A DNA stretch of 54,509 bases. Origin: a virus (Duplodnaviria; Caudoviricetes). The stretch covers positions 1-54,509 of the IMG/VR virus record IMGVR_UViG_3300025617_000962; one strand, 5' to 3'. Position numbers and translations under genes: made by a program. The notes below the pieces were generated by a model. The model was given only the letters and a program-made list of their open reading frames with translations. It was not told where the DNA came from and made no database searches. Of the stretch, positions 18,081 through 27,206 are shown piece after piece. Positions within the stretch are counted from its first letter, which is position 1; every line of letters begins with the position of its first letter.

Positions 18081-18328
18081 TACAGATTTGGGGTAAAGCA
18101 CAGTGTCCGCATTGTGATGCAGCAAAAAGATTTTGTGAGCAAAACGAATATAACTTTGAGTATCGTCAGCTTGATGTTGACTTTACTCGCGAAGAAGTTC
18201 TTGAACACTTTCCAGGTGCGAGAACATTTCCACAGATTGTAGTCAACGGTACAAAGATCGGCGGCTGGGATAAACTTAAAACATACATCGAAGAAACTAA
18301 TTACAACGGCACAGGATATACTTTATGA
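18077..18328 (+). CDS. glutaredoxin
   Basis: CPHC, TFPQI and IGG motifs. Confidence 0.92.
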   Translation: MIQIWGKAQCPHCDAAKRFCEQNEYNFEYRQLDVDFTREEVLEHFPGARTFPQIVVNGTKIGGWDKLKTYIEETNYNGTGYTL

Positions 18329-18615
18329 TTATCGAAACACCTTACAAGGCACAAGACACTGTTACACTAAAAACAACAGCAGGCGAAGAAATTATCGGAC
18401 GTTTTGTAGAAGAAGATGATAAAACTATCACACTGCAAAAGCCGATGGCTATCATGGCTACACAACAAGGAATTGGACTAGGGCCATTTACCTTTACAAT
18501 TAATCCAGATGCAAAAGTTGCAATTAACAAAGGCGCACTACTTCTAGTACACAAGACTGATGGCGAAATGGCAAAGCAATATGTGTCTAGTACCAGTAGT
18601 ATACAAATGGCATAA
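18325..18615 (+). CDS. Sm-like fold protein
   Basis: VTLKTTAGEEIIGR...ITLQKP resembles the Sm1 motif. Confidence 0.55.
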   Translation: MIIETPYKAQDTVTLKTTAGEEIIGRFVEEDDKTITLQKPMAIMATQQGIGLGPFTFTINPDAKVAINKGALLLVHKTDGEMAKQYVSSTSSIQMA

Positions 18616-18659
18616 AACCTCGGATAAATATATTATATTATAATATACGAGGAAGATAA

Positions 18660-19745
18660 ATGTCAATAGCTGGCGCAAATATATTTGAAGAATCAACAAC
18701 AGAAGGTGTAGGTCAAACTACAGTAAATCATACTGATGTTGATACTCATCCAGGTGGCTCGCATCAAGATCATATTCATATTGACCATGACCTAGCGCAT
18801 CAAGCATGTCTAGCAGAAATAGCAAGTTTGTTTGAAGACATTCAAGCAGACTTGCGCATTATTACAGACAGAGGCGATACTAGAGCTAAGGGTATTTACA
18901 CACGTCAAGCAGATACAATTGTACCAAATGCTGCTAATATTGCAGCCGCAGCCGCACAGTACGTTAACTTGAAAGACTCGGGTATGTTGGATATGATTAA
19001 TGCTGAAATCGGCAATCCAACTAACCTAGGCAATACTAGTACTGCTAACTATAATGCAATACGCAACTCAAGCAACACTACAGGCGGCTTTAGGGGTGGC
19101 AGTGCTGCTACTGCACAAAGTCCGGGTTACGGCGGCGGCGCCACTACAGCTATTGTAGGCGAAGATGGTAATACATATTACGAAGGCACTGTTCCGTTTG
19201 ATCAAGTTACTACTGCGTCCGGCACAGGCGAAGGCAATGTTACCTATGGTAACCAAGGCGGCAAACGAAACTTGCCAATACAATCAGAACTTATGAATAT
19301 ACTTAAAACTGCTGCTGCGGCAGCAGGAGTAAATGTTCTTATAACCAGTGGCGGACAAGTTCCTAAAAGCGAAGGCGGCGTTGACGGACGTAACAGAACT
19401 GGGTCAAACAGACACGACAAAGGCTATGCAGCTGATGTTAGATTAACTGATGGTGACGGCACTAGACTGTATACATCAAATCCAGAACAGTTAGCAGTTA
19501 TGTTAAAGTTTGCAGAAGAATGTAAAAACGCAGGAGCAACTGCTATAGGAATGGGCAATGGCTACATGAGCAACGGTAATGTACACGTAGACATTGCGTG
19601 GAAAGGTCAACAAGCTGGCGTAATCAGCGGCATACTTTCAAATAGATACTGGGGTGGTGGTTCAAGTGCAGGATTAAAAACCAAAACTGATAATGCTCCG
19701 CAGTATCTATCATCACTAATGGCACCAAGGGATAACACAGCATAA
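18660..19745 (+). CDS. virion protein with C-terminal peptidase M15-like domain
   Basis: ITSG...SNRHDKGYAAD...HVDI zinc ligands; late promoter at 18625. Confidence 0.7.
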   Translation: MSIAGANIFEESTTEGVGQTTVNHTDVDTHPGGSHQDHIHIDHDLAHQACLAEIASLFEDIQADLRIITDRGDTRAKGIYTRQADTIVPNAANIAAAAAQYVNLKDSGMLDMINAEIGNPTNLGNTSTANYNAIRNSSNTTGGFRGGSAATAQSPGYGGGATTAIVGEDGNTYYEGTVPFDQVTTASGTGEGNVTYGNQGGKRNLPIQSELMNILKTAAAAAGVNVLITSGGQVPKSEGGVDGRNRTGSNRHDKGYAADVRLTDGDGTRLYTSNPEQLAVMLKFAEECKNAGATAIGMGNGYMSNGNVHVDIAWKGQQAGVISGILSNRYWGGGSSAGLKTKTDNAPQYLSSLMAPRDNTA

Positions 19746-20647
19746 TGGCAGGCAACGGCACATCAGCACCATATAAGCATATAGATATGACTCCGGAATA
19801 CAACCGGATCATTACAGCACTAACAGGAATACGCGACGATATTAGATTGTTACGCACCCTACAAGAAGATCCAGAGTCAGGCATTGTAACCAACGGAGTA
19901 ATGAACGACTTTGCACGAGCAGCACTAGCAGTTAGTATGAGTACAGCCGGCAGTAATACAGCATCAGCAGTTGCTAGTGCAATTCAAAATAAGACAGTTG
20001 CTCTTAATGGCAGTGGTGTTGCCGAACCCACTGGCGATAGTGCATCTAATCTAGCAGCAGAAAGAGCAGAAATACTTGGAGCACTAGGCGTACAAGAAGA
20101 TCCTAAAGATTTAAAAACACTAATAAGAATAAGCGGACTATACTATTGGGAAGCCGCAGGTACAGCTGGACCTGACGATGGTCTGCGTGGCTCAACTACA
20201 CAAGTAACTCCGTTTGCTCAAGGAGAGTTACTAGGTTTTGACAACGAAGTCACTGGCCAAATAACAGCAGGAGAACCAGCTGGACCGCCTAACGCAATTC
20301 CAAATCCAAGCAAGCCACGCAAACGTTGGCCGTTTGCAAGACCTCCTGGAGAAACTGCATCACAAATAGCAAGTCCTACAGCAGACTTAGTCGATCCTGC
20401 AACAGGCGATGTTTTACCAAAATCTGTAGAAGATCAACAGGCTGAAGCCAAGTCAGCTGATACTCCGCCACCCGCAGCTACATATGGTATTCCTAGTGAC
20501 TTCCCAGATATTACACTTGCACCAGGCGAACAAGTTTCTTCCACTGCAAAAGACGCAGACGGAAATTATGTTTCGTATGTGGTAACAAGCACAGGTGTTG
20601 ATGAAGACGGATATTCCTTTACTTCGACACGTAGAATTGAGTTATAG
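19745..20647 (+). CDS. hypothetical, probable baseplate-associated protein
   Basis: TAATG-coupled; N-terminal motif shared with the 18660 protein. Confidence 0.65.
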   Translation: MAGNGTSAPYKHIDMTPEYNRIITALTGIRDDIRLLRTLQEDPESGIVTNGVMNDFARAALAVSMSTAGSNTASAVASAIQNKTVALNGSGVAEPTGDSASNLAAERAEILGALGVQEDPKDLKTLIRISGLYYWEAAGTAGPDDGLRGSTTQVTPFAQGELLGFDNEVTGQITAGEPAGPPNAIPNPSKPRKRWPFARPPGETASQIASPTADLVDPATGDVLPKSVEDQQAEAKSADTPPPAATYGIPSDFPDITLAPGEQVSSTAKDADGNYVSYVVTSTGVDEDGYSFTSTRRIEL

Positions 20648-20656
20648 GAGAATTAG

Positions 20657-21409
20657 ATGCCAAGAGTACACAGAGTAGGCGACACTGACAGCGACGGCGA
20701 TGGAGCAGTTGGCGGATCAGAAAACGTTTTTGCAAACGGCGGACCAACACTTGGCGGGGCTGTCGCAGATGCACTCGGTCTTGAAGATACTGTAGGTATT
20801 GACGATGCACAGGCAAGATCTATTCTGTCAGGAAGAGCAGCTGAATTAGCAGCTGGACAGGATCCTGACACTATGGAGGCACTAGAATCCTTCGGCGGCG
20901 GCACACCAGGCGGTTCAAGTCCAGTAACAGGTGCAGAAGGTGCAGTTGGCGCGCCTGGCAGCGATTCGGCAACAGGAGAAGATGCTACAGAGGATTCAGA
21001 TATACCTCGTCCAACTTCGGAATGGATCAATGTTCAGCCTCATGTAAATCCAAGAGTGTTACCTCAAGTATGGACAAATGCAGAAAATCTTGCAAAATCA
21101 TTAGGTCGTGTTATTACATTAAACAGTGCTTATCGTTCTCCTGCATACAACTCTAGTGTAGGCGGAGCAAAAAAGAGTATGCATACACAGCGCAAAGCAA
21201 TCGACATACAATGGGGAACATCTAGCATACAAGGGCGTGTAGACATGATACAGAAAGCAATTGATGCAGGATTTACGGGCATAGGTTGCTACAATAGTTT
21301 TATGCACGTTGACATCGGCGGCAAACGTCAATGGGGTCCAAACGGTAGTAGAACAAGTCAATATGCACAATATAAATCTGTACTACAATCAAACGGATAT
21401 ACAATGTAA
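20657..21409 (+). CDS. PAAR-like spike-tip protein fused to peptidase M15A
   Basis: N-terminal PRVHRVGD...GSENVFANG; C-terminal SAYRSP..N...SMH...AID...HVD. Confidence 0.7.
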   Translation: MPRVHRVGDTDSDGDGAVGGSENVFANGGPTLGGAVADALGLEDTVGIDDAQARSILSGRAAELAAGQDPDTMEALESFGGGTPGGSSPVTGAEGAVGAPGSDSATGEDATEDSDIPRPTSEWINVQPHVNPRVLPQVWTNAENLAKSLGRVITLNSAYRSPAYNSSVGGAKKSMHTQRKAIDIQWGTSSIQGRVDMIQKAIDAGFTGIGCYNSFMHVDIGGKRQWGPNGSRTSQYAQYKSVLQSNGYTM

Positions 21410-21412
21410 TTA

Positions 21413-22105
21413 ATGATGACGCATAGAATGAAAACGTTATACACAGTAGGATGTAGTTTTACAAAATTTGATCAAAACGTGCCAGAAAACAAATTGTGGC
21501 CAAGTTTGCTGGCAGGAAAGCTAAATTACAGTGTAATTAATGAAGGTAAACAAGGCGGATCCAATCAAAGATCATTTAGAAAAATACAAAATTTTATTTC
21601 AAACACCACAATTCCATTCGAAGATTTATTGGTGTTGATACAAGTAACATCTCCTTTTAGATTTGAATTTCCGGATTCAGTAGACTGGACAAGAGTGGTT
21701 ATGAACAACTTAAACCAACGTGCAACCCTCCCTGTCATACCTAGTATAGGAGAAAAAAATACCAAACAAATAACAGAAATAGGTATGGATAAATTGCGTA
21801 GTAACCTAGTAAATTATACAGAAGAAGCTGAATATTTACAATATATACGTCAATTATCACAACTTTCTTTTTTACTAGAAAAAAATAAAATCAACTATAA
21901 ACTAATTTCATTTATTATGCCTACTTCTTTTAAACAAAATGAGACGTTTCTCAATAAAAATTTTAATTGGCTGTGTAAAGAAGATATTTGGCTATCTAAT
22001 ATTAACAACATGTTTTCTAATGCAGACGATAACAATGGTCATCCTGATAAAATTGGAAATCAGCAAATTGCAGATTATATGTATCTTAAATTAAAAAATA
22101 CTTGA
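21413..22105 (+). CDS. SGNH-hydrolase-like protein
   Basis: GCSFT, G.SN and GHP motifs; more AT-rich than its neighbours. Confidence 0.6.
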   Translation: MMTHRMKTLYTVGCSFTKFDQNVPENKLWPSLLAGKLNYSVINEGKQGGSNQRSFRKIQNFISNTTIPFEDLLVLIQVTSPFRFEFPDSVDWTRVVMNNLNQRATLPVIPSIGEKNTKQITEIGMDKLRSNLVNYTEEAEYLQYIRQLSQLSFLLEKNKINYKLISFIMPTSFKQNETFLNKNFNWLCKEDIWLSNINNMFSNADDNNGHPDKIGNQQIADYMYLKLKNT

Positions 22106-22163
22106 CATAACTTAATTCTTATGCTATATTAGTAATATAATAAGGCAAACAAAGAGGCAAGTT

Positions 22164-22751
22164 ATGAAAGAAAAATGTATTTTAACAGATTGTGATGGCG
22201 TTTTATTCGATTGGGAATATGCGTTTGATCAATGGATGAAGCGACACGGGTACGTAAAAAACAAAACTCGTCAGTATTCAATTGCAGCAATGTATGATAT
22301 GGACAATGACGAAGCATTTCGTCTAATACGCATGTTCAACGAAAGTGCGTGGATTCGCAAACTTCCGCCATTGCGTGATGCTATCCATTATGTTAAAAAA
22401 CTTCATGCAGAACATGGTTATGTATTTCATGCTATTACTAGTTTGAGCAACGATGATTACTCTCAGCACTTGCGTACAAAGAACTTGCGTGAAATGTTTG
22501 GAGACAGCGTATTTGAAAAATACATTTATCTAGACACTGGTGCAGACAAAGACGAAGTGCTTGAACAGTATCGCGACACTGGATGCTACTGGATTGAAGA
22601 CAAACCAGAAAATGCTAGTGTCGGTCGTGCTGTTGGACTAAACAGTATACTAGTTGATCACGAGCACAATCGTGATTACTCGGGTAAAGCAGTTCGAGTA
22701 AAGAACTGGAAAGAAATTTATGAACATATTACAGGAGAAAAATATGAGTGA
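22164..22751 (+). CDS. HAD-family phosphatase/nucleotidase (T4 gp30.2-like)
   Basis: DCDGV and WIEDK motifs; promoter TTGACA at 22102. Confidence 0.8.
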   Translation: MKEKCILTDCDGVLFDWEYAFDQWMKRHGYVKNKTRQYSIAAMYDMDNDEAFRLIRMFNESAWIRKLPPLRDAIHYVKKLHAEHGYVFHAITSLSNDDYSQHLRTKNLREMFGDSVFEKYIYLDTGADKDEVLEQYRDTGCYWIEDKPENASVGRAVGLNSILVDHEHNRDYSGKAVRVKNWKEIYEHITGEKYE

Positions 22752-22929
22752 TAAAACACAACATGAACAAATTGTAGAAGCATTTAATGCTTACCTAGCT
22801 GAACACGAAGCTTGGGAAACCAAAAACGTTAAAGCAGCGGCAACACGAGCACGTGGTGCATTAGGTGACCTTGGCAAACTGACAAAGTCTCGCCGTGCAG
22901 AGATTCAAGAACGCAAGAACAATATGTAA
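22744..22929 (+). CDS. histone H1-like Hc1-family small protein
   Basis: KAAATRARGALGDLGKLTKSRR; AGGAG SD. Confidence 0.65.
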   Translation: MSDKTQHEQIVEAFNAYLAEHEAWETKNVKAAATRARGALGDLGKLTKSRRAEIQERKNNM

Positions 22930-23099
22930 TGTGGACAGTCTGGGCTAAAGCCTTAGGGAGTAAGGCCTTTGACGAAGATAAAAAGGCTGACAAAGTCGCT
23001 TTGATTAGAACTGTTATAGTTTTGTTTGAAGTACTTGTTGGTCTTTTTATTATACTAAACGCAATTGCAAATCACGGATGGGGACTGATAGGACTATGA
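22929..23099 (+). CDS. small membrane protein (56 aa, MWTVWAKALGSKA...)
   Basis: Translated by hand; TAATG-coupled; one TM segment. Confidence 0.65.
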   Translation: MWTVWAKALGSKAFDEDKKADKVALIRTVIVLFEVLVGLFIILNAIANHGWGLIGL

Positions 23100-23260
23100 A
23101 TCCAACACCACGCGAAACAGATGACGAATCAAAAAAAGCAGTAGAAGAATTTCTAGCCAAAGGCGGCAAGATTCAACAGTGCGAGCCATTTGCACGAACA
23201 GAAAACCTAGAAGTCAAAGGCGGCTTTTACGGACGCAAGCCAAAGAAGAAAGAAGAATGA
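23096..23260 (+). CDS. SutA-like small protein (possible RNAP binder)
   Basis: VEEFLAKGGKIQ motif. Confidence 0.5.
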   Translation: MNPTPRETDDESKKAVEEFLAKGGKIQQCEPFARTENLEVKGGFYGRKPKKKEE

Positions 23261-23562
23261 ACGTAAGTGAAGGCGATAAAGCCGTAATAGTATTTTCAAT
23301 CAATCCAAGTAACGTAGGCAGAATTGTTAATGTAGCAGAATATATTGGCAAGTTTGAAAAGGACGAACAGTTTGAAGCACATGGAATGACCTGCACCTGC
23401 CTCGTTCACGATCACTACTGGTGGATTGAAGCAGAGGATCTAAACATACAGTTAGGCCCATCGCCTAAAGCATACATTGCTGACAGTTGGCTACGCAAAC
23501 TTGTAGACCCTAACAAAAAAGTAACAACCAAAGCAGAAAAAGAACTTGACATGTTTGGCTAA
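23257..23562 (+). CDS. hypothetical protein
   Basis: ATGA-coupled start at 23257. Confidence 0.65.
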   Translation: MNVSEGDKAVIVFSINPSNVGRIVNVAEYIGKFEKDEQFEAHGMTCTCLVHDHYWWIEAEDLNIQLGPSPKAYIADSWLRKLVDPNKKVTTKAEKELDMFG

Positions 23563-23576
23563 ACGTGCTATAAATA
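23546..23576 (+). promoter_or_regulatory. dual sigma70/late promoter for tmRNA
   Basis: TTGACA-N17-TATAAATA. Confidence 0.7.
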
Positions 23577-23581
23577 TACTT

Positions 23582-23853
23582 GTAATGTTGAAGCAATTTG
23601 ACGACTGAACTGGACCGCGGGGCAGTACCGCGCATCTCCACCAAATTTACTCTGTAGAGTAAAAACTGATAATTTACTTTGTAGAGTAAATTTGATGGGG
23701 ATGAACTAGGATCGACAGGCAGGATAGATGCGTGGAGTTACCGGGATGTAAGCGCCGTTACCGCGAACAAACTTTATAATTGCAAACGCAAATATAGCAT
23801 TAGCAGCCTAAGGGCAGCTACGGGGTAGCTAGACCCTGTTACCAAACATAGCA
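23582..23853 (+). ncRNA. ssrA: circularly permuted two-piece tmRNA, tag (A)ANANIALAA
   Basis: Acceptor piece GCGGGGCAGTACCGC...TCTCCACCA ends at 23643; coding piece starts GGGGATGAA..GGATCGAC at 23697; tag ORF 23782-23811. Outer ends are approximate. Confidence 0.92.
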
Positions 23854-23881
23854 AGAAAGCACCTTCGGGTGCTTTCTTTTT
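23854..23881 (+). terminator. intrinsic terminator
   Basis: AGAAAGCACC-TTCG-GGTGCTTTCT followed by a T-run. Confidence 0.85.
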
Positions 23882-23971
23882 CACTGCTACATTATAGCGC
23901 ACTTAATATTATTGACTTCTTGGCATAACCATGCTAAATTAATATACACACAGAGACAAAAGGATTTTGTT

Positions 23972-24334
23972 ATGAACACCACACCAAAGCCCATTGGATG
24001 GGTAACTACTATTTCAACACTAGCTGCTATTCCCAAAGACATGTGGGACAGCGTAATGACAGTTGAAAAATCACCACTACGCAACTTAGACCCTATGGTA
24101 GCACATATGATCTTCCAGAGTCTATTCTTTATCTGGAGCGGCTTGTTTGCTGTGATGATTGGCAGCTATATAGCGTTTGGCATTAGTGCAGTATTTCATA
24201 TGGTATTAATCAGTGGAGTTACAATCACAGCAATGACATTCCGTCAAGCAGAAAACAATCCAGAATCAATCAACCGACTTATCAAATCCGGTCAGAAATA
24301 CAACGGCCGAGCAGCAAATGGAGAACATGTATAA
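23972..24334 (+). CDS. membrane protein
   Basis: Two hydrophobic segments; promoter TTGACT at 23912. Confidence 0.7.
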   Translation: MNTTPKPIGWVTTISTLAAIPKDMWDSVMTVEKSPLRNLDPMVAHMIFQSLFFIWSGLFAVMIGSYIAFGISAVFHMVLISGVTITAMTFRQAENNPESINRLIKSGQKYNGRAANGEHV

Positions 24335-24486
24335 TGTTTAAAGGACTAGCACTATCATTTTTCGTTATAATTCTGATGTTTACAGTAGTACCCATTGGCA
24401 TAACTATACTCACCTTGGGTGTAGATGAATATGCTAGTAACTGCAAGCAAGCAATTCATATGCCATGTTTTGGTTTAAGCGAATGA
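24334..24486 (+). CDS. small membrane protein (50 aa)
   Basis: Translated by hand; TAATG/ATGA coupling on both sides. Confidence 0.6.
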   Translation: MFKGLALSFFVIILMFTVVPIGITILTLGVDEYASNCKQAIHMPCFGLSE

Positions 24487-24704
24487 AACCAAACAACAAC
24501 TTTGAACTTACAGTAAGAGACATTGAGGTTATAGAATCAGCACTAAGAGCAAAGGCTGGACGCAGAGGTTTGGCTATTGCTCAAGGCGAAGTATCAGAAC
24601 AATCTCGTGCTGAAATGCATGAGATACAAGAACTACTGGGCAGAATACACAATCAAAAGAATTGGTACAAGCCCAAAGACGACCGCTTTCAAGGTGGCGG
24701 ATAA
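24483..24704 (+). CDS. small hypothetical protein
   Basis: FELTVRDIEVIESALR...LLGRIHNQK; resembles small alphaproteobacterial hypotheticals (from recall). Confidence 0.65.
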   Translation: MKPNNNFELTVRDIEVIESALRAKAGRRGLAIAQGEVSEQSRAEMHEIQELLGRIHNQKNWYKPKDDRFQGGG

Positions 24705-24726
24705 CCATATACGAAAGGAACATAAT

Positions 24727-25164
24727 ATGGCAAGACTACTAACGACTATTGGACTATTAATGGCAATGGCAACAAGTGCCTTTGCAGAAGATGTTACACT
24801 AGAAATGTGGAACAAAGACCCAGACGACAAAAAACGCAAAATGGTTTTCTCGCAAGAGATTGTAACCATTGATGTGGGTGAAAGTGTAACTTGGTTAGCA
24901 ACAGACAAAGGTCACAATGTACAAATGATTGATGGACCAGACGGTGTTAAACTTCCGGGTAAATCAAAAGTATCAAAAGATATAACACTGTCATTTGACA
25001 CACCAGGTGTGTATGTATATGTGTGTACACCACACGCAACAATGGGTATGATTGGTATTGTTGTTGTAGGTGAACTTACACAAGAAGGTGTCGATGCTAT
25101 CAAAGACGCTAAAGTGCGTGGCAAGTCAAAGAAAAAACTAAAAGAACTATTGGCTAATCTGTAA
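24727..25164 (+). CDS. pseudoazurin (periplasmic type-1 copper protein)
   Basis: Signal peptide, GHNV and CTPHATMGM copper ligands. Confidence 0.88.
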   Translation: MARLLTTIGLLMAMATSAFAEDVTLEMWNKDPDDKKRKMVFSQEIVTIDVGESVTWLATDKGHNVQMIDGPDGVKLPGKSKVSKDITLSFDTPGVYVYVCTPHATMGMIGIVVVGELTQEGVDAIKDAKVRGKSKKKLKELLANL

Positions 25165-25337
25165 TTAGACTGTTGCAATGGTGCAACACTAATGATAATA
25201 ATATGTCAACAGTTGCTAAATTCGCTCTTAACAGTCGACAAATAGCAAGCAGAACATATAATTAATAGTATGAAAGGGCAAGTTGTGAGCTTGCCCTTTT
25301 TTACGACACTACAATAAAAATAAGAAAGGTTTTTATA

Positions 25338-26135
25338 ATGCGTAATGTATTTATTACAACAGTAGCCGCTTTGGCTATGACAGCATCAGCAGCACTATCT
25401 GAGGATGCAACAACAATGACATATGGTCCAGTAATTTCAGGTGAAGTTGCACTAGACTTTGCTGAAACAGCAGCAGGCGATATGGCAGGCACAATGGGTA
25501 TCGACTTAGGTGTTGATATGCAAGGTCTTGCAACAGTTGACCTAGACTTCGAAGTTAACGAAGCAGGCAACGGATCACTAGCAGACTGGACAGTTGGTAC
25601 AACTGTAGGCGCACTAGGCGTAGCGTTCGGCACAGACAATGGTGTAATGCCAGGTGCAGAAGGTGAGCAAACACTTGCAGCACCAGCAATGACAGAGTCA
25701 TTAGCAGTAACAACTGGTGCAGCAACAGTAGCACTAGGCTTCACAGACTGGAACACAGACATCACAGACATCAGCAATGTACAAGGTGCATACACATTAA
25801 ACATGGGTGCAATGGATATCACAGCAGCAGCAGACTATAACTTGGACAGTGAAAACACTGTACTAGGTGCAGGCGTTGGTGGCATTGAACTAGCAGGCGT
25901 AGGTCTAGGCGGTGCAATGACATATGATGTAGACGCAGAAACACTTGGCTTTGAAACTGTAGCAACAGCATACGGTATCACAGCATACCTAAACGGTGAT
26001 GACGCAGACATGCTACAAAACATCGGTGGTGAGTACGAAACAGCAGTAGGTGGTGCAACATTTACAGCAGGTGCTAACTACAACGTTGACACAGAAGAGT
26101 TTGCTCCTACAGCAGGACTAGCATTTAACTTCTAA
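25338..26135 (+). CDS. porin-like outer-membrane beta-barrel protein
   Basis: Signal peptide, alternating beta pattern, acidic, C-terminal LAFNF. Confidence 0.75.
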   Translation: MRNVFITTVAALAMTASAALSEDATTMTYGPVISGEVALDFAETAAGDMAGTMGIDLGVDMQGLATVDLDFEVNEAGNGSLADWTVGTTVGALGVAFGTDNGVMPGAEGEQTLAAPAMTESLAVTTGAATVALGFTDWNTDITDISNVQGAYTLNMGAMDITAAADYNLDSENTVLGAGVGGIELAGVGLGGAMTYDVDAETLGFETVATAYGITAYLNGDDADMLQNIGGEYETAVGGATFTAGANYNVDTEEFAPTAGLAFNF

Positions 26136-26161
26136 GTTAAACTAACGTAAATTACGGCAAC

Positions 26162-26187
26162 AAGGGCGGTGGCAACATCGCCCTTTA
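26162..26187 (+). terminator. intrinsic terminator
   Basis: AAGGGCGGTG-GCAA-CATCGCCCTT. Confidence 0.7.
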
Positions 26188-26230
26188 TTCTTGATAAATA
26201 AACATAGTACATAACTAAGAGGGATGTTTT

Positions 26231-26704
26231 ATGTGGGTAGTTGACGTAGAAAACATCACCAAGGGCATAGGGGTAGTAACTGCTACATTTGCATTGATTG
26301 GTGGGGGTTACACTTTATGGGATAAGTTAGAGAGTAAAGATATCTTAACATGGGCTCCAGAACATTTTGAAATCACAGACGGTCCTGTAGACAGCACCTT
26401 TGATGTTATTGTTGCGAGAGAAAAGCATAGAGATGATTGTAAGGTTGAGGGCTTTAGGCTTGAAGTCAAAGACAGCAAGTATATGGTCCACTTGGCAACA
26501 CCAGGTCTGACTAAGTTTAGCGGACCTGCAAGTGACAAAGTAGATAAGTTTGGGTTTACATTTACTATTGATAAAGAACACAGAGATGTGATAAAGCCAG
26601 GTGAAGCAACATTATTAGCACACATAGATTATCAATGTCCAGAGGGGGCAGTGGTTGTTAACTATCCAGATCATGAGAATTTGAAGTTTAACATAACAGA
26701 ATAA
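26231..26704 (+). CDS. membrane-anchored hypothetical protein
   Basis: N-terminal TM segment; late promoter at 26195. Confidence 0.7.
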   Translation: MWVVDVENITKGIGVVTATFALIGGGYTLWDKLESKDILTWAPEHFEITDGPVDSTFDVIVAREKHRDDCKVEGFRLEVKDSKYMVHLATPGLTKFSGPASDKVDKFGFTFTIDKEHRDVIKPGEATLLAHIDYQCPEGAVVVNYPDHENLKFNITE

Positions 26705-26726
26705 TGCATTATAACGGAGGGCTAAA

Positions 26727-27206
26727 ATGCAAACACAAAACGAATATGACGTAGTATTACTTAAATGCGTAGACGGAGATACTGTTGATGTAGACATCGA
26801 CCTAGGCTTTGGCGTATGGCTAAAAGACGAGCGTGTACGCATTATGGGTATTGACACACCAGAGTCACGCACCAGTGACAAAGTGGAAAAAGTATTTGGT
26901 ACAGCAGCTAAAAATAGATTGAAAGAACTATTGGAAAATGGCGGCAAACTAATCACTACAGAAAACAAACATGGCGAAGATATGAAAGGCAAGTTTGGAC
27001 GTATCCTAGGAGACTTCCGTGCTCCAGATGGCAAACTGGTCACAGACATAATGATTGAAGAAGGGCATTGTGTAGCATACTTTGGCGGGTCAAAAGAAGA
27101 AATTCAAACCAAGCACATGGCCAACAGAATGAAACTACTTCGTGAAGGTGTTGTAAGTCAAGCGGACTATGACGAAGCCGTTGCGCTAATGGAAGGCAAG
27201 GACTAA
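26727..27206 (+). CDS. thermonuclease (SNase-like)
   Basis: VDGDT, RVRIMGIDTPE and GKFGRILG motifs. Confidence 0.88.
   Translation: MQTQNEYDVVLLKCVDGDTVDVDIDLGFGVWLKDERVRIMGIDTPESRTSDKVEKVFGTAAKNRLKELLENGGKLITTENKHGEDMKGKFGRILGDFRAPDGKLVTDIMIEEGHCVAYFGGSKEEIQTKHMANRMKLLREGVVSQADYDEAVALMEGKD

Noticed and set aside
23605-23643. Possible tRNA gene ending in CCA
   Set aside because: Only a T-arm and 3' acceptor strand; it is the acceptor piece of the permuted tmRNA.
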